NCBI GenBank assembly: GCA_023484515.1
Contig: JAMDAY010000007.1
Location: forward strand, 50,179 to 114,178
Direction: 5' to 3'
DNA: 64,000 bases
DNA from: Patescibacteria group bacterium
GTDB taxonomy: Bacteria; Patescibacteriota; Doudnabacteria; UBA920
Positions 8,619 through 18,168 of this stretch are shown piece after piece. A program made the translations under genes and the position numbers. The notes beneath the pieces are model-generated. The model did no database searches. It saw nothing but the letters and a program-made list of their open reading frames with translations, and had not been told where the DNA came from. The first letter of the stretch is position 1. Every line of letters begins with the position of its first letter.

Positions 8619-9383
8619 ATGGTAATACCGGAATTATTGCAAAATTTGGGGCTTTCTGGCGAGGAAACAAGAATATATTTGGCTGCTTTGGAAATGGGGA
8701 AAAGCCTGCCTAAGCATTTGGCGGAAAAAGCCGGAGTAAAACGGCCCACGCTTTACAAGCTAATGCCGGGACTGCTGGAAAAAGGCCTGCTTTCGGAAAC
8801 CGTCATGGGCAAGCGGAGATATTTCGTGGGGGAAGACCCCGAAGTTTTGCTAAACAAGAAGCAGTCGGAAATAGACCAAATGGAAGCGCTGCTGCCCCGG
8901 CTCCGCATGTTACTGGCCACCGCCTCCCACAAACCGAAAATAATCTTTTACGAAGGGCTGGAAGGCATAAAAAAATTATATTTTGACAACTTGCGGGAAA
9001 AGCAGCCAATTTTGGAATTCGTCTCTTTGGAAAAGATTAGTCCCAAAATAGAATTCCATTCGTCTAACTATTACATCCCTCAAAGGATTAAAAGAAAAAT
9101 TCCCATAAAAATAATTATTAGCGGCGCGGCCAAATCCCATTCTATAAAGTTAAAAACCGACCCTTATGCCTTAAGGGAAATTAAACAAATTAGCGAAAAA
9201 CATTTTCCTCTGCCCTTAGACTGCTATATTTACGGCAACAACGTGTCTTTTGCCCTTTACCGCAGGGACAGCGAGCCGGTCGGAGTGATTATCAGGTCAA
9301 AAGAAATTGCCACGGCCATGAGATCGCTGTTTAATTTTGTCTGGCAAGCTGTTCCGACCGACAATTTGTCGCGCCACCACTAA
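8619..9383 (+). CDS. TrmB-family HTH transcriptional regulator (paralog 2)
   Basis: LGLSGEETRIYLAALEMG...AGVKRPTLY, KPKIIFYEG, CYIYGNNV. Confidence 0.88.
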   Translation: MVIPELLQNLGLSGEETRIYLAALEMGKSLPKHLAEKAGVKRPTLYKLMPGLLEKGLLSETVMGKRRYFVGEDPEVLLNKKQSEIDQMEALLPRLRMLLATASHKPKIIFYEGLEGIKKLYFDNLREKQPILEFVSLEKISPKIEFHSSNYYIPQRIKRKIPIKIIISGAAKSHSIKLKTDPYALREIKQISEKHFPLPLDCYIYGNNVSFALYRRDSEPVGVIIRSKEIATAMRSLFNFVWQAVPTDNLSRHH

Positions 9384-9533
9384 AATATTTTTTAAAATTT
9401 CCCTTGATTTATCTTTGCATTTTTGATATACTTTGACAGTTAAGTAAAAATATTCCCAAATTAACCATTACTATAACTTCAGATGCTTAATGGTCTTCCG
9501 TTATAGTTATGGTGATTGTTATCGTGTTATCTT

Positions 9534-11468
9534 ATGAACCTCTCTTCATTATCCAGCCAACTGAATATGTCCGTGCAGGAACTTCGCTCCAAGGCGCGCG
9601 AGAGAGGTTTTTTTATTTCGCCCAAGGCGAACAAGATAGACAACTTTTTAGCCAAGAAGATTATGGACGCGCTGGGCCAGCAGGACAGCGCACGGCTAAA
9701 ACCTGCCGCTGCAGCCGCAGAGCCGCAAAAAGTTAAGCTGCCGACTTTCATTAAAGTCAGGGATTTTGCAGATTTGTTAAAACTGCCGGTGACGGCTGTC
9801 ATTAAAGAATTGATCAAAAACGGGATAATGGCCACCATTAACGAAGAGGTGGACTTTGAAACCGCGACCATTGTGGCCCAGGACTTAGGTTTTATTGTGG
9901 AAGAAGAAGCGCAAAAAGACACGCAGGAATTCGGCCTGGGATTTTTGCAAGACGTGTTAAAATCGGAAAAAGAAGAGGACTTAAGGCTGCGCCCTCCCAT
10001 TGTGGCCATTATGGGGCACGTTGACCACGGCAAAACCACGCTTTTGGACACCATCCGCAAGACCAAGGTGGCCGAAGGGGAAAGCGGCGGCATTACCCAA
10101 CATATTGGCGCTTATCGCGTCAAAAAGAACGACAAATGGATTACGTTTTTGGACACGCCGGGCCACGAGGCCTTTAGTGAAATGCGCGCCCGCGGGGCGA
10201 ACGTGACGGACTTGATTGTGCTGGTAGTGGCGGCGGATGACGGCGTGCGGCCGCAGACTTTGGAAGTCATTAACCGCGCCAAGTTCACCAACACCCCCAT
10301 GATTGTGGCTATTAACAAAATAGACAAGCCCGAAGCCAACGTAATGAAAGCCAAGCAGGAACTGGCCGGCCAGGGAGTTTTAACCGAAGAATGGGGCGGC
10401 AAGACCGTGGCCGTGGAAATTAGCGCCAAACAGGGAATAGGCATAGACAACCTGTTGGAAATGATTTTGCTGACCGCGGAAGTGGAAAATTTTCGCGCCA
10501 ATCCCAGCGGCCGGACCGTAGGGACCATTATTGAATCTAAAGTCATGCAGGGCAAGGGGCCGACTGCCACAGTTATCGTGCAAAACGGCCACTTGCGGGT
10601 AGGGGACATTATTGTGGCCGGCGCGGCCTTTGGCCGCGTCCGCAGCCTGGAAGACGAAAAAGGACGCAGGCTGAAAGAGGCCGGGCCGTCCACTCCGGCG
10701 CAAATTTCCGGTTTCAGCGAAGTTCCCCAAGTGGGCGACATTTTGCAGACAGTAGCGGCGCTGGACGAGGCTAAAAAAATCGCTTCCGTCGCGCAAAAAA
10801 AGAACCAAAGCCACCGCCTCATTTCCAAGCAGGCTATTATGGGAGACGCGGAAAGCAAAACCCTGAATTTGATAATCAAGGCTGACGTTGCCGGCTCCCT
10901 GGAAGCCATTAAGCAATCTATTGCCAAACTTAAAAATGACGAGGTCAAAATTAACATTTTAAGCGACGGCGTGGGGGAAGTCAATGAGTCCGACGTACTT
11001 TCCGCGGACAATTCCAAGGGCATTATTATCAGTTTTAGGAGCAAAATTAATCCCAAAGCCTTGGGCCTAGCCAAACAAAAAGGCGTTGTTATTGATTCTT
11101 ACGACGTTATTTACGAATTAATAGAAGACGTGACCAGCGCCGTCATTAAAATGTTCACGCCGGAATTGGAAAAAATTGTGAACGGCCAGGCGCGGGTGTT
11201 GGCCATTTTCCGCACGGAAAAAGGGCAGATGATAGTGGGCGGCCGCTCCGAAGAAGGGATTGTAAAAAAGAACAGCCAAATTGCCATTTACCGCGACGGC
11301 ACGGAACTTGGCCGTGGCGAAATTTTAGAGCTGCAACAAAGCAAGGTGGCGGCCAAGTCCGTCAACAAAAACGAGGAATTCGGCATCAAGCTGAAAACCG
11401 CCGTAAAAATTAAGGAAGGCGACATTTTGGAGAGTTTTGAGGAGAAGATAAAGAAAAAAACATTATAA
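9534..11468 (+). CDS. infB: Translation initiation factor IF-2
   Basis: [31 protein letters not shown]; start placed at ATG 9534. Confidence 0.97.
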   Translation: MNLSSLSSQLNMSVQELRSKARERGFFISPKANKIDNFLAKKIMDALGQQDSARLKPAAAAAEPQKVKLPTFIKVRDFADLLKLPVTAVIKELIKNGIMATINEEVDFETATIVAQDLGFIVEEEAQKDTQEFGLGFLQDVLKSEKEEDLRLRPPIVAIMGHVDHGKTTLLDTIRKTKVAEGESGGITQHIGAYRVKKNDKWITFLDTPGHEAFSEMRARGANVTDLIVLVVAADDGVRPQTLEVINRAKFTNTPMIVAINKIDKPEANVMKAKQELAGQGVLTEEWGGKTVAVEISAKQGIGIDNLLEMILLTAEVENFRANPSGRTVGTIIESKVMQGKGPTATVIVQNGHLRVGDIIVAGAAFGRVRSLEDEKGRRLKEAGPSTPAQISGFSEVPQVGDILQTVAALDEAKKIASVAQKKNQSHRLISKQAIMGDAESKTLNLIIKADVAGSLEAIKQSIAKLKNDEVKINILSDGVGEVNESDVLSADNSKGIIISFRSKINPKALGLAKQKGVVIDSYDVIYELIEDVTSAVIKMFTPELEKIVNGQARVLAIFRTEKGQMIVGGRSEEGIVKKNSQIAIYRDGTELGRGEILELQQSKVAAKSVNKNEEFGIKLKTAVKIKEGDILESFEEKIKKKTL

Positions 11469-11492
11469 ACTCTACAAGATACGATTAGCGGG

Positions 11493-11719
11493 TGAAGACG
11501 GCCTTCCAGGACAAACAGACTTTAGATTATTAGACGTTGATTGCTTTCAGCCTGGGTTTAGAGGCAGTGATGACGCACATCTGGGACAATCTTCCTTAAG
11601 TTTGGTTGATAATGATTATTATCCGGCAATCTAAAAACCGCTTATCCCAGATGTGCGTCATCACCCAATGTTAATCACCAGCCTTACTTTAGCAGGATAA
11701 CTCCGGAAGGCCGTTTTCA
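11493..11719. repeat. Nested inverted-repeat elements (outer 227 bp, inner 96 bp at 11568-11663)
   Basis: Outer arms 11493-11507/11705-11719; inner perfect 20-bp arms 11567-11586/11645-11664; homologous to 37884-37978. Confidence 0.85.
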
Positions 11720-11848
11720 TTGCCAAGGACCAAACATCTCCCCGATCCTTATATCCCCGCCAGAGCGTACAACCCATACCGCTCTTGAAACAAACTTAAA
11801 AATAAGCTATACTGTTAAGCTCTAAATCTTTAAGGGCAGAATTTTTAT

Positions 11849-12223
11849 ATGGACAAACCGCAAAAGAACCCAAACCGCATAGCTAAGGTTAATTCCCTAA
11901 TCGAGCATGAACTAGGGCCTATTCTGCATGAATTTTTTGAAGGGGAAAACGGCCTGGTCACCGTCAGCAAAGTGGAAACCAGCCGCGACATGCGCTGGGC
12001 CAAGGTTTGGGTATCCGTTTTCGGCGGCGACGACAATAAAATTTTTAACCGCATCAATACCCATATTTATGAAATTCAGGGCGAATTAAACAAGTCCTTT
12101 GCCACCAAAATTATTCCGCGTTTGCAATTTTTTTTGGACACCAGCCCCCGCTATGCGCAGCATATTGACGAAATGATTAAAAAGATGCATGCGGAAGAAC
12201 AGCTATCCGGAACTGCGGAATGA
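11849..12223 (+). CDS. rbfA: Ribosome-binding factor A
   Basis: VTVSKVETSRDMRWAKVWVS, IPRLQFFLD; downstream of infB. Confidence 0.93.
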   Translation: MDKPQKNPNRIAKVNSLIEHELGPILHEFFEGENGLVTVSKVETSRDMRWAKVWVSVFGGDDNKIFNRINTHIYEIQGELNKSFATKIIPRLQFFLDTSPRYAQHIDEMIKKMHAEEQLSGTAE

Positions 12224-12316
12224 AATCCGAATCTGCAAAAAGCTACGAAGCCCTTTTCCGCGGTTTCCGTAATTCCGGATACATTTTCGGATGGCGTTAT
12301 TTTACAAACACAACCC

Positions 12317-13267
12317 ATGCAGCAAAATTTTCAAAAAGCCAAAGAACTGATTGACCGCTCCTACAATATACTTTTAACCATGCACGAACGCATGGACGGC
12401 GACGACGGCGGAGCGCTTTTGGCAATAACCCATCATTTAAAGTCCACTGGTAAACAGGCCGTTTGCGCCATAAAAAAAGGGGTACCGCCGTCCTTAAGTT
12501 TTTTGCCCGGAAGCAAGCATGTCCGGGAAGACATTGGCGAGGAGGAATTTGACTTGCTGGTTGCATTCGGCTGCTCGGACAAAAACCGGATCGGTAACGA
12601 AAAAATAACCGGCCTAGACATTGCCGCCATTAACATTGACCACCATCCTGACAATACTAATTTTGGAGATGTCAACCTGGTGGATGCCGGTAAGTCTTCG
12701 GTGGCTGAATTGGTTTACGATTTTTTTAAATTTTGCAAATGGCAAATAAACAAAGACGTCGCCACCTGCCTGCTGACCGGCATTATTACGGACACGGGCT
12801 CGTTCATGCACAGCAACACCAAGACCTCCACCCTGCAAGCTGCGGCCGACCTGATGCGCCAAGGCGCCCTGGCCAATAAAATTATCAAACATACTTACCA
12901 CAGCAAGAGCCCAAATATTTTAAAAGCCTGGGGCAAAGCCATGGAAAATTCTTACTACGACGCCAAACACAAGGTTATTTTTTCCATAATGACCGAAGAT
13001 GACCTAAAAGAAACGGGCAAACTGCCGCAAGCGGCTTTTGACGGCTTTGCCGTAACGCTTAACAGCGTGCCGGAAGCTAAATTTGCCATGTTTTTAAGAC
13101 AGGAAGGAAATATTGTAAAAGGCAGCTTAAGGAGCGAGTCATACAAAAACGTGGACGTTTCCAAAATTGCCAAGCTTTTCGGCGGCGGCGGCCACAAACA
13201 AGCCGCGGGCTTTTCCATACCCGGCAGATTAACCCGCGACAAAAACGGCAAATGGAAAATTGAATAA
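12317..13267 (+). CDS. nrnA: DHH/DHHA1 oligoribonuclease-PAP phosphatase
   Basis: H..MDGD, NIDHH, GIITDTG, GGGGHKQAAG. Confidence 0.88.
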   Translation: MQQNFQKAKELIDRSYNILLTMHERMDGDDGGALLAITHHLKSTGKQAVCAIKKGVPPSLSFLPGSKHVREDIGEEEFDLLVAFGCSDKNRIGNEKITGLDIAAINIDHHPDNTNFGDVNLVDAGKSSVAELVYDFFKFCKWQINKDVATCLLTGIITDTGSFMHSNTKTSTLQAAADLMRQGALANKIIKHTYHSKSPNILKAWGKAMENSYYDAKHKVIFSIMTEDDLKETGKLPQAAFDGFAVTLNSVPEAKFAMFLRQEGNIVKGSLRSESYKNVDVSKIAKLFGGGGHKQAAGFSIPGRLTRDKNGKWKIE

Positions 13268-13349
13268 ATTAAGTTTAACAAAACCAAAAACAGCCTTTAT
13301 AGGCTGTTTTCGGTTAAGTAAGAAAAAAAATGCTGTTTCGTCTTAAATT

Positions 13350-14069
13350 TTGGATTTAATGAATAAACCCCTTATGGACAGCGCAATCCAACAAACCGGG
13401 TCTTCCGTGGCAGGTTCTCTCCAGGATTTATACAACAAAGTTGCCGCTTTCCTGCCCCAATTGGTGGCGGCTATTATTATTCTGATAATCGGCTGGATTA
13501 TTGCCGTTTTGCTGGGCAACGGCGTAACCCGCGTTTTACATTTTATTAAAGTGGACAGTTTGGCCGACCGTTTCGGGCTGCACCAACTAGGGGAAAGAAT
13601 CGGGAGGAAAGTCACTGTGTCCGGGTTATTCGGCTGGCTGGTAAAATGGTTTTTTTTAATTGCCACGTTCGTGGCCGCGGCAGAAGCGCTGGGGCTTAAC
13701 CAGGTCAGCCAATTCCTGTATAACGAAGTTTTCCCGTATTTCGGGAACGTGGTCGTAGCTGCCATTATTTTGGTGATCGGCTATTTAGTCGCCCATTTTT
13801 TATACGAAGTTATCCGCGATTCGCTCAAAGCCAGCGGTTTTGCCGCGGCCACTACCGTAGCCGCGGCAGGCCGGTGGGCAATTTTGATCTTTTCGTTCAT
13901 TGCAGCGCTGGCACAGTTAAAAATTGCTCCGGACTTTATGAAACTGCTGTTTACCGCCATTGTCTTTATGCTTGCCCTGGCCGGAGGACTGGCGTTCGGC
14001 CTGGGCGGGCGGGACCAGGCCCGCGACATGCTGGAACAAATCCGCAACAAGTCGCGCCCGGCAAAATAA
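13350..14069 (+). CDS. Small-conductance mechanosensitive channel-like TM-helix protein (CmpX-like)
   Basis: FLPQLVAAIIILIIGWIIA repeats, LAFGLGGR; start codon uncertain. Confidence 0.75.
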   Translation: MDLMNKPLMDSAIQQTGSSVAGSLQDLYNKVAAFLPQLVAAIIILIIGWIIAVLLGNGVTRVLHFIKVDSLADRFGLHQLGERIGRKVTVSGLFGWLVKWFFLIATFVAAAEALGLNQVSQFLYNEVFPYFGNVVVAAIILVIGYLVAHFLYEVIRDSLKASGFAAATTVAAAGRWAILIFSFIAALAQLKIAPDFMKLLFTAIVFMLALAGGLAFGLGGRDQARDMLEQIRNKSRPAK

Positions 14070-14138
14070 TTAATACTAACACAAAGGGCATCTTTACGTT
14101 ATGTAAAGACGCCCTTTGTTAATTGTTAATCGTTATAG

Positions 14139-14726
14139 TTACTGTCGTTCTTTCCGGCCCTCCCTTAATTTCTTCATTCCTTCCGCCGCAAAAACCAGGC
14201 TGGCAATAAACCCGCCTATTTTTTTGTTATATGATTCGTCTATTAACAGTCCTTCCGCGTTAAAAGCTTTCTGCACCGGCCCGAACATTACGGTTTCGCG
14301 GATGGCAAACATGGAAAAATTCGCCATTAAGGGCCGTAATTGTTCCATGGCTCTGGCTCCCCCGGTTATCCCGGATGAGACACCGGCAAATCCTACCGCT
14401 TTATACTCGAATTCCTTATATAACCAATCCAGCGCGTTCTTGAGCACTGCCGGATACCCGTGGTTATATTCCGGCGTAACGATTACGAACGCATCCGCAG
14501 CCTCGGCAATTGTGCTCCACTTTTGGACATTGGCGTCAGGATACTTTTTATTTAAGGACGCCGGCGGAGGGTCGCAAAACATAAACGGCAAAGTCAGTTC
14601 CTTAAAATCCACCAATACGGATTCATGCCCGCTATCCAATAGTATTTTATTAATTAGCCGCGCCGGAAAAATACTTTTCCGGCTGTCGCGCACGCTCCCT
14701 AAAATGACAGGAATGTTCAATTTCAT
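14139..14726 (-). CDS. NADPH-dependent FMN reductase
   Basis: ILGSVR, ADAFVIVTPEYNHGYPAVLKNALD, GGARA. Confidence 0.92.
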   Translation of the reverse strand: MKLNIPVILGSVRDSRKSIFPARLINKILLDSGHESVLVDFKELTLPFMFCDPPPASLNKKYPDANVQKWSTIAEAADAFVIVTPEYNHGYPAVLKNALDWLYKEFEYKAVGFAGVSSGITGGARAMEQLRPLMANFSMFAIRETVMFGPVQKAFNAEGLLIDESYNKKIGGFIASLVFAAEGMKKLREGRKERQ

Positions 14727-14766
14727 AAATATAAATTTATAATAGTAGACGATCAATTTTGCAAAA

Positions 14767-15420
14767 TCAAACACCTGTTTGAACCGGAAAAATTTGTCTG
14801 AAAGACTTTAAGCGGGATTTTCCCATGCGCGGCAAACTCATTAATTCAATATCCGAAGCCTGCGCCAGGTTATCTATTGTCTTAAAAACTGTTAAGAGAT
14901 CGCTGGCTGTTTGCCTGCCAATTCCCGAAATTTGCGTGAGGATATTTATTTGCCGCTGCCAAGGAGTAATTATTTTCCGCTGCTGGCGGCATTGTTGCAG
15001 GTTTGCTGCCGCATTGGCGGAATATTTTTTCGCCAGCAAGCGCAATATGCTGGAAGAATCTTCTTCGTTGCAAGTCCTGACTAAAGAAACTTTTTTAGTA
15101 ACCGTGATCCAAAGGATTACCCCGCGGATAACATCGGACGACACGCGCCCTTGATGGTATAAGCCCCCGCCTTCCAGTAACAGCAAAGGATGCTTGCAGC
15201 TTCTTGCCAGCCAGGCCACTTGCCGAAACAAGCGGCCGTCGGCAATGGAAGTAATAAAGTCGCTAATGGTTTTGCGTTCAACAAAACAATCGGAACCAAT
15301 AACGTAGTCCGTAGCCAGGCTGCCAAACTGGACGGAAAACCCCAAATGGGACAAAAATTTCGGCACCAAGCACCTCTGCTCGCGGAAATCCGCCAAAATT
15401 GAATTTTTGTTTATATGCAT
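14767..15420 (-). CDS. ERCC4/XPF-type endonuclease with HhH motifs
   Basis: DYVIG...VERKT..DF..SI.DGR, ISGIGRQTA and LPRMGK HhH; SD GGAGG before ATG 15420. Confidence 0.88.
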   Translation of the reverse strand: MHINKNSILADFREQRCLVPKFLSHLGFSVQFGSLATDYVIGSDCFVERKTISDFITSIADGRLFRQVAWLARSCKHPLLLLEGGGLYHQGRVSSDVIRGVILWITVTKKVSLVRTCNEEDSSSILRLLAKKYSANAAANLQQCRQQRKIITPWQRQINILTQISGIGRQTASDLLTVFKTIDNLAQASDIELMSLPRMGKSRLKSFRQIFPVQTGV

Positions 15421-15438
15421 AAACCCTCCGGATTTAAC

Positions 15439-15600
15439 GGGTCTGTTGCCGAATGCCATTTTGGCTGCAATTTTAGAATTTCGGCATCTTGGCCAAAAAA
15501 TTTTTTCCCCTTAGCCTACGGCTAAACATCAAAAATTATTTTAGCCAATCTGCTCGGAATTCTGAAATTTCGCCTTAAAAGCGCATTCGGCAGCAGACCC
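15439..15600. mobile_element. 162-bp MITE-like element, copy 1
   Basis: TIRs GGGTCTGTTGCCGAATGC/GCATTCGGCAGCAGACCC, flanked by TTAAC on both sides; near-identical copy at 61969-62130. Confidence 0.8.
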
Positions 15601-15653
15601 TTAACGGCCGCCATTCCAATTAAAGGAATGGCGGCCGTTTTGTTAAAGCCCGC

Positions 15654-15875
15654 TTATTTGGTATTGGCGCCCGCTTCCGCAAGCGCTTCGCCGAAAGCCT
15701 GCAACTGGTCCGAAAACACGGTAATGCTGCCGCGGTGGCGCTGGCCGTCTTTGTTCATCCAGCTTTCGGAAATTTGCATGTACTTGCTTTGTTTGCCGCC
15801 CTGGGCCTGCTTGACGTCAAAAAAATACGTATTGCCGCCGGCTTTGAGGGACTTGGAAAAAATTGCTTCGTTCAT
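15654..15875 (-). CDS. PUR-family (DUF3276-like) ssDNA/RNA-binding protein
   Basis: IFSKSLKAGGNTYFFDVK...YMQISES...ITVF. Confidence 0.85.
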   Translation of the reverse strand: MNEAIFSKSLKAGGNTYFFDVKQAQGGKQSKYMQISESWMNKDGQRHRGSITVFSDQLQAFGEALAEAGANTK

Positions 15876-16043
15876 AAATTTATATAGCAATTAGCTGGCA
15901 GTATTTGGCATTTAGCAGTCTGGATAAATACTATTTGCCAAATACGTAACACTAAAAGCTATTTTTGCGTTAAGGCTGCCTCGACCTTTGTTAAAGCGAA
16001 CAAGAGTGATGGAGGGGAAAGAATAAACAGCCTATCCTTTCCC

Positions 16044-16072
16044 ATTATGAACGATCGTTCACCTATTGTCAA
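16044..16072 (-). promoter_or_regulatory. Sigma70 promoter containing a GAAC-N4-GTTC LexA-like box
   Basis: TTGACA-17-CATAAT with GAACGATCGTTC (16049-16060) in the spacer; DnaA-box 9-mer TTATCCACA at 16112-16120. Confidence 0.7.
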
Positions 16073-16277
16073 TAACCTTAAAATCAGGGGTTTTCTGATA
16101 TCTCAATTGATTTATCCACAAAAAAAAACGGCCTGCATGGCCGGTTCCATTACCATCCTATACCGCTTGCCCTGTTTATAGTCGTACCACACACCTGAGC
16201 GAGCCAGATAGCCTTGCACCAGTCACGATGCTCCGGTTCATGGCGGCGCCATATACCCGAGCGAAGCGGGTGGTATA

Positions 16278-16362
16278 TGGTGCCCTCGGTGGGATTCGAA
16301 CCCACAAGCCTTGCGGCACATGCACCTCAAGCATGCACGTATTCCAGTTCCGTCACGAGGGC
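16278..16362 (-). tRNA. tRNA-Leu(GAG)
   Basis: Cloverleaf, anticodon arm CATGC-TTGAGGT-GCATG, long variable arm, encoded CCA. Confidence 0.95.
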
Positions 16363-16368
16363 CAAAGA

Positions 16369-17022
16369 TTAGGGATTTTCTCTATTTATTGCTAATGCAG
16401 TATACACTTTTCTGTATTTTCTTTCAAGCATCGGGTTTTTTTCATTTGCATACATCTTGGCAATAATCTTCTGCGCTTCAGATTTAGCATATTTAAGCTG
16501 ATATACCTTCGCTCCAAAACTTGTATTGAAATGCCCTTTTACTTTAAGAATAAAAAATAACCTTTTTTGTACCCACTGGAGATGCTTTAAACTAGCTGAA
16601 ATAAATTCTAAATAAAACATAAAACTGGAAGCCCAACGTTTGTCCCAATAAGAATAAAAAGTTCCATCACCGTCAAAACTGCCTCTAAGAAAATCAAAAA
16701 AATATTTATTCGGAATTTTTAGTCCCGCTATTGTTTTAGATTTTGCTGGAGTTAGCCCTATTGATAATAAAAAACTATAAAATTTAATATCGCCAAACTG
16801 TACCCAGTAAGCAGCCTTGTTTTGATCGTAACCACTATGCTTTATGGATATCTTATTTTTTATACCCAAACAATTTTTAAAAATTTTTACCAATTCCAGA
16901 TCTTTTGACACAAAGGCCATGTGCCTACCATCATTGTAAAGACACCCGTCAGTGGCGATCAAGCCTACCACATAAGCCAAATTTGAGGACCATTGAGTTT
17001 TTATTTTATTTGCAGGTCTCAT
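16369..17022 (-). CDS. Free-standing double-motif LAGLIDADG homing endonuclease
   Basis: YVVGLIATDG and FLRGSFDGDG motifs; AT-rich; ends 6 nt before tRNA-Leu. Confidence 0.88.
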   Translation of the reverse strand: MRPANKIKTQWSSNLAYVVGLIATDGCLYNDGRHMAFVSKDLELVKIFKNCLGIKNKISIKHSGYDQNKAAYWVQFGDIKFYSFLLSIGLTPAKSKTIAGLKIPNKYFFDFLRGSFDGDGTFYSYWDKRWASSFMFYLEFISASLKHLQWVQKRLFFILKVKGHFNTSFGAKVYQLKYAKSEAQKIIAKMYANEKNPMLERKYRKVYTALAINRENP

Positions 17023-17088
17023 TTGTCTCAATGTATAAGCGTATACCAATATTATAGCAAAACTGCGGAAAAAATCCAGAGACAAAAT

Positions 17089-17116
17089 GCAGGGACAGGT
17101 CTAGACCTGTCCCTAC
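17089..17116. repeat. GTAG-type REP-like palindrome
   Basis: GCAGGGACAGGT-CTAG-ACCTGTCCCTAC; sibling at 47607-47634. Confidence 0.75.
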
Positions 17117-17131
17117 GGTAATGGCACAATA

Positions 17132-18058
17132 TTACTTTCCCAGCAAGTAATGCAGCAGGGCCATGCGCATAAACAAGCCATTGCGTGCCTGGCGGAAATA
17201 AGCGGCGCGCACGTCCGCGTCCACTTCCGGCGCTATTTCGTTCACGCGGGGCAGGGGATGAAGAATAATGGAATCTTTCTTGAGTTTTTCCAAAACCGCG
17301 GAATTTATTACATAACAATCCTTTAACCGCTCATATTCTTCATGCGAAGCAAACCTTTCCTTTTGCACCCGCGTCATATAAACCACGTCTATCTTGTCCA
17401 AAATGCCTTCAAAATTTTCCAACTCTTCAAATTCCACGTTTTTTTCTTTTAAGATATCCTTAAACTTTTCCGGCATTCTTAACTTGTCCGGGGAAACGAA
17501 GTAAAATTTGTTTTTTTGGTATAGGGACAGCAGGGGCAACAGGGAATGCACGGTGCGGCCGTACAGCAAGTCGCCTATCATGGCAATGTTTAAATTGTCC
17601 AGGCGGCCCAGCTCTTTTTTAACGGTGAACATATCCAGCAGCGCCTGGGTCGGATGTTCGCCCTTGCCGTCGCCGGCGTTTACTATCGGCACCGGCGAAA
17701 CCGCGGCCGCCCGCTTGGCCGCGCCTTCTTCCGGATGCCGCATTACTATGCCGTCGGCATAGCCGCTAATTATGCGGATAGTATCTTCCAAAGTTTCGCC
17801 CTTTACCGCGGACGAAGAAATAGCGGCATTCTCCGTGCCAATAACGCTGCCGCCAAGCTTTAAAACAGAAGTTTCAAAAGACAGGCGGGTGCGGGTGGAC
17901 GGCTCAAAAAACATGCAGGCTATAACCTTTCCCGCCAGGGAAGTCGGCACTTTGCCGCCGTGATTACTTTTTTCCATCTCTGCGGCCAAAGCAAACAGCT
18001 CCTGCTGGAGCCCCAAGTCTAAAAATTGGTCTGCGCTTAAAATGTGTTTGAGTTTCAT
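17132..18058 (-). CDS. pyrB: Aspartate carbamoyltransferase
   Basis: FFEPSTRTRLSF, HPTQ, HPLPR. Confidence 0.97.
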   Translation of the reverse strand: MKLKHILSADQFLDLGLQQELFALAAEMEKSNHGGKVPTSLAGKVIACMFFEPSTRTRLSFETSVLKLGGSVIGTENAAISSSAVKGETLEDTIRIISGYADGIVMRHPEEGAAKRAAAVSPVPIVNAGDGKGEHPTQALLDMFTVKKELGRLDNLNIAMIGDLLYGRTVHSLLPLLSLYQKNKFYFVSPDKLRMPEKFKDILKEKNVEFEELENFEGILDKIDVVYMTRVQKERFASHEEYERLKDCYVINSAVLEKLKKDSIILHPLPRVNEIAPEVDADVRAAYFRQARNGLFMRMALLHYLLGK

Positions 18059-18168
18059 AATATTTTAATCCGGATATGCGAATAACGTAATCCGAATTTA
18101 CGGATGGCTACGGATATAAATCCGCGGCCGTCTGCCGATCCGGATGCTATTTGCATATCCGGATCGGG

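Noticed and set aside
10112-11074. Long antisense ORFs (also 3479-4144, 45195-45890 and others)
   Set aside because: Shadow frames of conserved genes with no motifs or start signals
15421-15459. N-terminal extension of the ERCC4 protein
   Set aside because: The upstream ATG comes from the MITE terminal repeat; an SD precedes ATG 15420
16112-16120. Replication origin
   Set aside because: Only one DnaA box seen; oriC is more likely beyond rnpA, outside the window
16278-17131. Group I intron in tRNA-Leu carrying the LAGLIDADG gene
   Set aside because: The tRNA is complete and uninterrupted, and there is no room for a ribozyme core around the ORF
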